DNA of 32,003 nucleotides from Ionaspis alba (taxonomy: Eukaryota). The stretch is from positions 1 through 32,003 of the forward strand of contig CAXUUL010000105.1 of NCBI GenBank assembly GCA_964255285.1, read 5' to 3'. Shown one piece after another: positions 10,968 through 20,987 of this stretch. How positions within the stretch are numbered: the first letter of the stretch is position 1; every line of letters begins with the position of its first letter. Under the pieces are notes generated by a model. The model made no database searches. It saw only the letters and a list, made by a program, of their open reading frames with translations, and was not told the origin of the DNA. The translations under genes and the position numbers were made by a program.

Positions 10968-11624
10968 ATGCCCAGGTTCACCGACCCTCCCGGCATGATT
11001 CGACGCCCTGTCCAGGGCCTGACCATACCCGGCATCGGTCAGGTCTTCACCCACGAATGGGCTCCTGGAGCACATGAAAGGCATCGGAGACATATGCAAC
11101 GACTCAGCGAAGAAGGGATTGACGACAACTATGAAGATGATGATGAAGAAGATGGCGGCCATGATGATCTAAGGTCAGATCGGCGATCTTCAAGGCGCTC
11201 TGGACGACGAGATGAGCGACGTGGGAGACGCCACGAGCGAAATGGTCCTGGAAGATTCACTTTAAGTGGGAACGGCGAAGAAGACGACGATGAATTTTAC
11301 GAGGAGGAACATGAAGAAGACCGTGGACGTTCACACGGTCGTTCACATGCCATGGGAGGTCAGGGTGGTGGGAGCTCCATGAAGATGCACGGCATGGCAG
11401 GCGATAGGTTTGGCCATCCCCCCGCTGCAGGTGGTAGCTATGGCGGCCGGCCTTGGGGACGAGCAGGTCGGCCTATGGGGTATGAAGGACAAAAGCAGCT
11501 GGCTCGTGCGGAGGCTCAGCAGCGCGGAGTTCAATATGTGACGCCGGAAGAATTCAGGTCAGGAAAGTACAATGGAGCGAATGTGGTTGTACGTGGGCCT
11601 GCGACACCTTGGTTTATGAAGTAG
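10968..11624 (+). CDS. Hypothetical low-complexity protein with alternating acidic and Arg-rich blocks (218 aa)
   Basis: Start context caaaaaATG; CATAAAAG near 10813 followed by a CT-rich leader. Coding-like composition. No family recognised. Confidence 0.68.
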   Translation: MPRFTDPPGMIRRPVQGLTIPGIGQVFTHEWAPGAHERHRRHMQRLSEEGIDDNYEDDDEEDGGHDDLRSDRRSSRRSGRRDERRGRRHERNGPGRFTLSGNGEEDDDEFYEEEHEEDRGRSHGRSHAMGGQGGGSSMKMHGMAGDRFGHPPAAGGSYGGRPWGRAGRPMGYEGQKQLARAEAQQRGVQYVTPEEFRSGKYNGANVVVRGPATPWFMK

Positions 11625-12134
11625 GAGGGCCTGGGCATTGGGGATTAGTGTGCGTGCATTGAGATTCATGGTTGGCCGTTCGGATTAGAAGCTAGTATGG
11701 CTTGCTTTTTTTCCAAGATAGAAAGAAATACATGTGAAACATGAGGAAAGGTCCCCAACACTCTATGGCGACTAAGTGACAATAGAACGATCCGTTAAGG
11801 AGTAGCATGTTGATCGTGTCTAGACGATAAGGAACATGACGTAAATTCTTCCCTAGCGAAAGTAAAAGGAGGTGTTACGGTCTCAAGGAACTTGTACTGT
11901 CAAAAGTGAGACCGGTTTTGCTTTATATACATATATTGAAGGCATGAGCACCAAAGTTTCAAGTGGAAGCCTATCCAGCTTGAAACGTATGCATCCCACC
12001 GACGTCGCTGTAGATTGAGTGGATATCTTGTATAAAATCAATGGTAAAAACAGACCACCAGGGATCGACCTCATATTTTTCATATTCCACACTTCTCATT
12101 TGTCGACATCATACTGGTCAGATCTCGAGGAACT

Positions 12135-14820
12135 TCAATACTCTACCTGCAGCACCTTTTTCAATACCCCACTCTCCTGCTCATACTTCTCAACCTTCGA
12201 GTGCGAGCCCTGCAGCTTCGATAAAAGCCACTTGATTCGTGGTGCAATCTCTCCGGGCTGTTTGGGCAGATTGGCTAGCAGATTCAACTCAGCCTCGTAT
12301 TTGTCAATGCTCTGCGTCTCGATCTTAGTAAGCTCTGTCAGAATAGCAAGATCAAGCCTAGCTTTGAGAACATGATCTTGTGTGAGTCGTTTGAATGCTG
12401 CTTGGTAGACTGGTTTTCCGGGCTTGATGCTGTAGGGCCTGCCGTTGGATGAAAGAATGGAAATGAGTTCGGCTTGCTCTAGTGCTTGTAGCGTTGGCTC
12501 TCCGCCAGATTTGAAGGTGTCTGAGAGGAGGATCTCGTTGTAGCGGATGTTGCCTGACTTTGATAGCTCTTTGATAAGTAGCCAGGCCTGTTGTGGAGAC
12601 CAGCTGTGTGTCGATTTATCAACATCAAGGATGTACATCTTCAGGATCTCTGAGGCAGATTGCTCAATGATCTCCTTGACCGCCTCTGTCAAGGACATTA
12701 GTACAAGGACATAAGGCTATTCGGGAAGGCCGCGGTGACTTACTGCTTGGAGTCTCACCGGTCTTGATTCGACGAGCAAGAAATTCCAAATCGGTCAGTC
12801 GTCCTCCCAAGATCTCGATGCCATCATCCAGTTCGCTAAGATCTGCTCTCTGTTGAGACGGGCTATACTTTGGATCTCCAGTATGCTGTTCATCGACATC
12901 CGCATCGAGGTGATTCACCACAAAGCGTTTGGCGACTTCTGGAGAGCAGTCGCTGAGAGATATCTGCCTGAAGACACGGTCTGGCAGAGCTTTGCTCAGA
13001 GACTTGGAGAATGAGACATCATTTGTCAGGAAGATGACGTGGGCAATGTTGGCTGTAGTTAGACCGGCGGCCCACTCCGAGATCTTGTCGTAGACAACAC
13101 TGCTCTCGTTGCTCTTGTGCAAGAAATTGTCAACCACCACGACCGGCCGTCTTTCGGGATGAGCTTCTAAGTACTCATCATCTCCCAAATCTGCATCTTT
13201 ATCGTCCTTCTTACGGTTAGACAAAGCAATCTGCTTTAGTGCCGTTGCAGTGTTCTGCCATATCTTGGCCAATTGAGTGTCGAGGGTCTCGGAAAAGCCA
13301 GTTTTAGTTCCAATGGTGCCCTGCGCAGCGAGATCGATCATGCTGCTAATGCTATTCATCCACGAAAAGACTGGTCTATATCCAACTTCCATTGCGGCAG
13401 CACCAATCGTAGCACTGTCTCCTCGAGCCTCTTGAATTGGTTTGCAGTCGATCAGTAAGGTGTGTTTCCGATCCTTTAGTGCCTGGTCCAAGACAAGCTC
13501 TTTCTTGCCTGAACCTCGTGGTCCTTGGACTACAATGAATGTATCAGCGGTCTCCATGAGCCAGGTCCGAATCTGCTCAATATCTGCCTTCCGGTCGTCC
13601 CAGATAACGTTCAGTCCGCTTTCGTCGAGATTTTTGTGCCTGAAGCTGAGTATTTCGTTTGCCCTACTGACCTGAGACCTGAGCCATCGAAAGATTACGT
13701 TGTCTGCGATGTGAAAGGTATGGGTCACATGCGCCTTGATGAAGAAAGTTCGGACACTAGATAGATTTCAGTAAACAGGCTTTGACAACAAACCATTTTC
13801 AACTTACGGGTCGAAAACGGCAACAGTGAATGTGGCAATCAGAGCTGCAAGTATGGGGATGACAATCCTCGGGTGGTTTACTAGCCAATCTCTGATATAA
13901 TGAGCCTTAATCTTCTGCTCATAGACCAGTCTCAAGACTGTTCCAGCCTTGCCACCACCTTGGGATTCAAGAACTGTAAAGCCGTGCATACAGTTCTTGG
14001 CCATCACAGCATGCCTAACCAGCTGGAAATTCAGGTAGGCAAACTTCGGGACGATCTTCGAGTCCTGAGGTTGAGGCACAATGTCCGCCAGTTTACCATA
14101 CCTTCGAAACAGAGAATACAGCGTTTCTTGTGAGAGATCCGCTGCCTCTCCGCCAGGAGTGGCAGGTAGGAATTCCACCTTGATCCTCGAGCTCGGAAAC
14201 CGATACAAGTCCTCGATCCATGGTCTCCCAAGCACCAGAAATGCCCTGACTCGCCGCCATGGATTCCAGATAGGTTTCACCGGATTTTCCCGGAGGTAGT
14301 TCTGCAACAATCCCTCGATGTCCTTCGACTCGATCTGCGGCTCATGAGCGAACTTGATGAAAGCTCCACCTTCCTTAAGTCGCGGGAGTACTTCAGTGAC
14401 TTTGATCGGGAGACTCTTCGGAAGGGAGCGCTGGATGATGCTCATAGGATCTGCTGCAGCTATTCGGGGACCATTCAAATGCTTCATGAGCTCCGGTATC
14501 GACTCATCGGCGTGTACGAAAGGCAGGCGCAGCATCCAGCGCAGTTTGAGGGGAAAGACATCTGCATGGAGGTCAGTGTTTGGGAGTTCTATAGCTCTGT
14601 GAGCCTCACTGTCGAGGAACAGGATGCCCTCATTAGGTCCAGCACTGATATGACCCGAGTCATCTTCTCCTGTAGCAGTAGATTTCTGCCTCACACCTGC
14701 GCATTTCCGGAGTGGAAGCGATCTTGGGCGATTGCCATGTGCACAGGAGACGAACCGGCTGCGAGCCCAAGTTTGACTCGCAAAGCCCGCCTGCTTTGCC
14801 CAAGCGCGTGAGATCAACAT
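12135..14820 (-). CDS. YME2: Mitochondrial escape protein 2 (RRM, TM helix and RNA12 P-loop domain; 4 exons)
   Basis: Arg-rich presequence, PRLKEGGAFIKF, GRPWIEDLYRFPSSRIKVEF, RRM, TM segment HPRIVIPILAALIATFTVAVFDP|VRTFFIK, P-loop QGPRGSGKKELV and LGGRLTDLEFLARRIK. Introns 14609-14562, 13807-13757, 12743-12686. Confidence 0.95.
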
Positions 14821-15041
14821 AGCAAAAGCAACGGCCACCTCATTTCGGACGGCTTACTTAATGAATGCATTTTCGGTCTATGTATCCAATATGAAGGGCC
14901 CAATTTGGCGCGTGCTTTACTCCCACGCCTTTGACGTAGACGTGCAACAATCCCTGCAGGCGCGCCAAGGCCCAATATCACGAAGCTTCAGAGCTCAATC
15001 TCCACGAACCATTGAGCTACTACAATACGCCACGCCGCACG

Positions 15042-15716
15042 ATGGGATGGATCTGGAGCGATACGTACCCGAAAGATGGACAAGGGATTACTCCTCTCCC
15101 AGACCAAGAGGTGAAAGCCGAAACAGCAGCTACACCACCAGTACCTCTCTCGTCCCCAAACACAACCCCCGAGCGCCGCACCCTCACCCGCGACGAACAA
15201 GCCGACGCCGAACTGCAAGAACTCCTCAAAGAACTCCGCGCCGATGACCACACATCAGACTCACCCTCATCCTCCCCTCCTTCCGTCTCACCTCCCACAC
15301 TTGACACCTCACCGCCCTCCCAAATCAACCACTCCTCCATCTCCCCTGACGCCCTCTACCCAACCAGCATGTCCTGCCGCGCAGCTTTCGACTCCGCCTT
15401 CTACTGCCAATCCCTGGGCGGCCAATTCACGAATCTCTACCGGTACGGCAAGATCCGGAACTGTTCGGACCAGTGGTCCAATTTCTGGTTCTGCATGCGG
15501 ACGAATCGCGGCATGATGAGTGAGGAGGCGAGGGCGAGGAGGATCCAGGCGCATTATAGAGAGAGGGCGGCGAAGTATAGGACCGGGCCGAGTAGTGAGG
15601 ATGTTTGGGAGATTAGGGAGGAGAGGGTGGTGGATGCTTTTGAGGGGGATTTGGAGGCTGTGGAGGAGGAGATGAGGAGGGAGAAGCGGGAGAGGGAGGA
15701 GGGGTGGGGCGGTTAA
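15042..15716 (+). CDS. EMI1: Emi1/DUF3128-family Cys-motif protein
   Basis: MGWIWS start; MSCRAAFDSAFYCQSLGGQFTNLYRYGKIRNCSDQWSNFWFCMR (twin CX9C spacing) and GPSSEDVWEIR. Confidence 0.82.
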   Translation: MGWIWSDTYPKDGQGITPLPDQEVKAETAATPPVPLSSPNTTPERRTLTRDEQADAELQELLKELRADDHTSDSPSSSPPSVSPPTLDTSPPSQINHSSISPDALYPTSMSCRAAFDSAFYCQSLGGQFTNLYRYGKIRNCSDQWSNFWFCMRTNRGMMSEEARARRIQAHYRERAAKYRTGPSSEDVWEIREERVVDAFEGDLEAVEEEMRREKREREEGWGG

Positions 15717-16179
15717 GGGGTAGGTTGAGTAATGGCATGATACCCTGGGGCGTGGTTGGGATTTGCAGCAATCTATGATAGTCTAGTTGTGGAACGGGTA
15801 TTTAGATGAATTTATGGCGTATACCGCAACCATGATGTTTTTTGGCGACGGCTACACTACTCCATCGGGTAGACAAACTCCCCGGAGATAATCTTGCAAA
15901 ACGTAACACGGCATCTAAATTCATGAGTAACTATGTGTTTACATTCACTTTTAGACATGAATATGAAAGATTATGAAGTTCAGAAATTTCCATTCGTGCG
16001 CTCGAATCCGAGCCTCTCTAAGTTACAGCATGCCATCCAGCTTTTCCGCCGTGAATCATCATGAGACATCAGCCCCAAACGCTTCCATAATAGTGCCCGA
16101 TCACAAACACGTAAGGGCCAGATCTAAGTTGACGAGCAACCACAACATAGGAAAGACATGACCATGAAGAGCAAGACAC

Positions 16180-18266
16180 TTAGTCAACCTCCTCAACAGT
16201 AGGACCATCGTCATGGCCGGCACCGCCTGGACCACCAGCACCAGGGAAGCCACCTGGTCCGCCGGCTCCTGGGAATCCTCCACCAGGCATTCCGCCGGGC
16301 ATTCCACCTTCAGCACCACCGTACATCTTGACCCTAATAGAATGTTAGCGTCATAGCTCAATGACATAAATGGTGTTGGAAGAGCTTACATGATGGGGTT
16401 TGCAATGCCTTCGAGCTCCTTCTGCTGAGATTCATACTCTTCCTTAGTAGCAGTCTGGTTGTCGTCGAGCCAAGCAACAGTCTTGTCAATCTCGGCCTTA
16501 AGCTTCTCCTTGTCGCTAGCATCGAGCTTCTCGTCAACCTTGGAGTCTGAGATTGTGTTCTTGAGTGAATACGCGTATGATTCGAGTCCGTTCTTGGCTT
16601 GGATTCGGCCCGTCTCGGCTTCGTCCTCAGCCTTGTACTTCTCCGCCTCAGCCAACATGCGCTCAATCTCCTCCTTCGAGAGACGGCCCTTGTCGTTGGT
16701 GATAACAATCTTGTTGGTTTTTCCAGTTCCCTTCTCGAGAGCAGAAACGTTTATAATACCGTTCGCATCGACATCGAATGTAACCTCGATCTGTGGTACA
16801 CCGCGGGGCGCAGGGGGGATTCCGGTAAGCTCGAACTTGCCAAGCAAGTTGTTGTCCTTCGTGCGAGCACGCTCGCCCTCGAAGACTTGGATTAATACGC
16901 CGGGCTGATTGTCAGAGAAGGTAGAGAAGACTTCGGATTTCTTGGTAGGGATGGTAGTGTTTCGCTTGATAAGAGCAGTCATGACACCACCAGCAGTCTC
17001 GATACCAATGGAAAGTGGGGCGACGTCGAGAAGGAGAATTTCGTTGGTGGACTTCGAAGAAGTGTCGCCAGACAGGATAGCAGCCTGGACAGCAGCTCCG
17101 TACGCAACAGCCTCATCAGGATTGATAGACTTGTTGGGTTCCTTGCCGTTGAAGAAGTCCGAGACAAGTTTCTGAATCTTGGGAATACGGGTAGAACCAC
17201 CGACGAGGACGATTTCGTGGACGGAGGATTTGTCAATCTTGGCGTCGCGAAGGACACGCTCAACTGGCTCCATGGTAGAACGGAAGAGGTCCTGGCAAAG
17301 CTCCTCGAAGCGAGCACGGGTGATTGAAGTGTAGAAATCGATACCTTCATAGAGGGAGTCGATTTCAATTGAGGTCTGGGCAGATGATGAAAGGGTGCGC
17401 TTAGCCCGCTCGCAAGCAGTGCGGAGGCGACGAAGAGCTCTGGCGTTGGAGGAAAGATCTTTCTTATGCTTTCGCTTAAACTCGTTGACGAAATGGTTGA
17501 CGAGACGGTTGTCGAAATCCTCACCACCCAAGTGAGTATCTCCTGCAGTCGACTTGACTTCGAAGATACCCTCTTCAATGGTCAGTAGCGAAACATCGAA
17601 TGTTCCTCCGCCAAGATCAAAGATGAGAACGTTGCGCTCTCCCTCAACTTTCTTGTCAAGACCATAGGCAATAGCAGCGGCAGTGGGTTCGTTGATGATG
17701 CGGAGAACGTTGAGCCCAGCAATAAGACCGGCATCCTTTGTGGCCTGACGCTGAGAGTCGTTGAAATAGGCGGGAACAGTGATGACGGCATTGTTGACAG
17801 TGCCACCGAGGTAGGACTCTGCGGTTTCCCTCATCTTTGTCAACACCATGGCTGAGATTTCCTCTGGCGTGAAAGACTTGGTTTCGCCCTTGAATTCGAC
17901 ATTGATGACTGGCTTGCCAGCCTTCTCAACGACCTTGAAGGGGAAGTGCTTCATGTCGGCTTGCACTTCAGCGTCTGCGAACTTGCGTCCAATCAAACGC
18001 TTCGCATCGAAGACTGTGTTGGTGGGGTTCATGGCGACTTGGTTCTTCGCCGAGTCACCAATAAGACGTTCGGTGTCAGTGAAGGCCACGAACGATGGCG
18101 TTGTGCGGTTGCCCTGGTCGTTGGCAATAATTTCGATACGGTCATCACGAAAGATACCCACGCACGAGTAGGTCGTGCCCTATATACAAAGATTAGCAAT
18201 GATTTAATTCAAAGGTGAGGCTGTGGGGAAACAAACCAGGTCGATTCCAATTGCTCCTCCTGCCAT
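16180..18266 (-). CDS. HSP70: Cytosolic Hsp70, SSA type (3 exons)
   Basis: Exons 18266-18237 ([10 protein letters not shown]), 18179-16390 (GTTYSC...[12 protein letters not shown]...[11 protein letters not shown]), 16333-16180 (GGMPGGMP...GPTVEEVD*). Confidence 0.99.
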
Positions 18267-18486
18267 AGTGAGTGTGTGGATGTGCTTGACTGGAGTTCGG
18301 TAGTATGGTAGAGTACGAAGAGTGTCTTGTGTAGAAGATGATGAAGTACTCGATTGTTGTTTGTGCGTGAGAAATGAGAAGGAACAGTGTTGAGTTGTTG
18401 TCGAATTTGTTAAGTAGGCGAGGGCAATTTTCTACGGAAGCTCATGGAAGTTTCCATGCGATTCTACGATGATTCCGGTAACAACA

Positions 18487-18501
18487 CGAACCTTCATGAA
18501 G
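18487..18501. promoter_or_regulatory. Heat shock element (three inverted nGAAn units)
   Basis: cGAAc-cTTCa-tGAAg about 220 bp upstream of the HSP70 ATG, with further GAA/TTC half-sites at about 18430-18466. Confidence 0.85.
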
Positions 18502-20987
18502 TATGAGTGACGTGTTGAAGACTAAGGTAACTGGTTATTCACAGTTTTGCACAGATCTTCAATCCTCATTTAATGTGTTATACTTGATATTACTCATGCT
18601 ACAGGACGCTTCTATCCCAGCTAATTATTCTTTTCCATCGAGCAATGTGTGTGACGTTCGCCTCTGACAATCGATAAGAAAAGCTAACTGTTGCCTGGCG
18701 AAGCCCGCCGCCTGCGTCACATCCCGCCTTACCAAGCTTCTAGGGCTTCTGAGTTGCTTTACCAAAATAATGTGAATTGACTGTGAGAAGAGTCTGCCAT
18801 CATGTCTCTTTCATACGCTCCATCTTGGAGTTGCGTGACATGGTTCCAGCGTGACTGTCATCCTGGAAATATACTAGCAACGTTTTCTGCCTGTCTGCTC
18901 ATCGCAATGGAATGAAAAAGGCCCACGAGCGTTAAGCGTCCCGTCTCGTGAAGAGCGATTACATGCAAGTACATTTTACAAGCTAAACGACATCCATATC
19001 AGATTTAGCATTGGACCATACATTCCTTCGTTGATAGTTTGACTCGGCATTGCTGCCGATTTGATAGGTAGGTATTACGTGTGGAGCTGATGGACATTGG
19101 TGCAACCATTATGAATGGATGTAAACCATGAGTGATGCAGCACTATGACAATCTACTTGAGCATGAGCAACAATATAAAAGTTCGGTGTCTCTTCCCATC
19201 AATATTCCCAGGCAATTTACCTACCGGTTCCAAAAGTAAGACTCCGCTTGGTACTGTAGTTGTGTTAGCCAAATATGGAGTTCGAAACCAAATTGATTAA
19301 TCTAAGAGATGAAGGAGCTGCATGGACTTTGATCCTTCCCTTCTCCATTCGCGGCTTTGATAGTGTATACAACCTATTCTGTGATCCAAACTAACACCAT
19401 GAACCTGTCTAAGGAGAACAGCTACAGCAGATTCTAAGGAAGAAATTAGCAAAGAACATTTCTCAAGTCTATGCATCTCTAATCATTTGTGTGCAATTTC
19501 GTCAGCAACAAGGAAAGCTTTGGAGTAGCACCCTCCGAACCGATATCCAATATTTGATTAACCGTGGCAAAGCGGTCCGAATCTGTGAGTGGGTCAAGTC
19601 TCACACCATCTAGACAATGCCAGAAGAGAAAAGAGTCTCGTAATGCCAAGGTATCCCTCCGACCCATTCATTACAATGTTCGACGCCATCGTGTTGTAGT
19701 GTTGGTGAGAAACCCTTTATCTGGTCAATCGGAAGCTCACCTCAGAATTGACCGTCAAGAATTACGAGATCTGGCCGGCTGAAACAGTGTGGCATTAAGA
19801 TGCGGCTCTTTATGCAAGCTCCAATCAGCCTATTCCTGGCGAGTTTAGCGAGGAGCGATATCGGACCAATCGATGAGGTGGAGATGTCCGGGGATGGAGT
19901 GGAACGAATTATCGCAGCAGTTCCTCATGCCGGCTCCAGAGCAAAGGTGCTGAGCACATGCAAGTGTAACATGCCCTCCAGTAGGACGCCAACGTGGGGT
20001 GCAGGAACGCTATGATCTGTGTTCCTCGGGATGTTTCCCCTCCTCTGCCACTATCTTCTGCAAAAATGACAGTCGTTTGTCCTCCCACACCTCTCCCATT
20101 AGCCACCGTACGCCCGGGCGGAAAACGGTCTTGCGTACGCCTGGCTGTTGTCGTATTTTTCCCGCCAGCATTGCTGACATCGCTCTTCCATGTCGGAGTG
20201 CCTCGGAACATGCGGTGGCATGGGCCGACACCATGAGATATTGGAAAATCGTCGTGGTCGCATCAATGATTCATTCGCGACTTAGGTGCCAAACCTATCA
20301 CTTGCAAGAGAGGCAAACAGATGCCTTTGTTCTTGGCTATATGCGACGGTCTCGTCTCCTACTGCACGAAGCTGCATCGTCCTGCCAGGCCGAGCCCGGT
20401 TCCATGATGGAAGATCAACACAGAGGGTCTTCTGATACTCGTCAATCAGAAGGCGCAGTGGGCGGCAACTGGGCTGTAGAGTAGGATCATACTTGTCTGT
20501 TAGGCGGATGCGGGTGGGAGATCGTCTTTTCGTAGGCAGGCGGATACATACATGAGTATGAAGTCAAATATGCATTAGATCTGCTTGTCTGCTATTGGCT
20601 CAAACCGGGACGATAAGGACCAAAGTCGACAATCCGACTCCGCTTTTGCTTCTCCTACCTGCGCGGCATCCTCGTTCCCTTTCCCAGGCAGATCTGGACA
20701 CCCATTCCCGCGCCCCTAGCTTGTCGACACAGTCAAAAATTTTGCGGCCCCGCTACATCCACTACGACTCAGACCGGGCACTTTCACTAGCTCCACCAGA
20801 TTTCCTCTGCTCCCTCATTAATATATCCCACCACACTCCCACTCCCACTTTCTTTCCCATTGCCACCCTCAATCGAAACAATTACCACTCTCGAGACGTA
20901 CCGCCAGCAATCATCCGAGACAAAGGAAATCGAACGAATAGCAATCCCTCCAAAGACGACACATCTCCGACGGTCGCCGTCTGTAGG

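Noticed and set aside
16459..18218. Plus-strand ORFs antisense to HSP70
   Set aside because: Antisense ORFs on HSP70 genes are a known codon-bias by-product, and here they are fragmented.
19277..19291. GGAGTTCGAAACC, a B-box/T-loop-like motif
   Set aside because: No cloverleaf, acceptor stem or properly spaced A-box could be built, so it is not called a tRNA.
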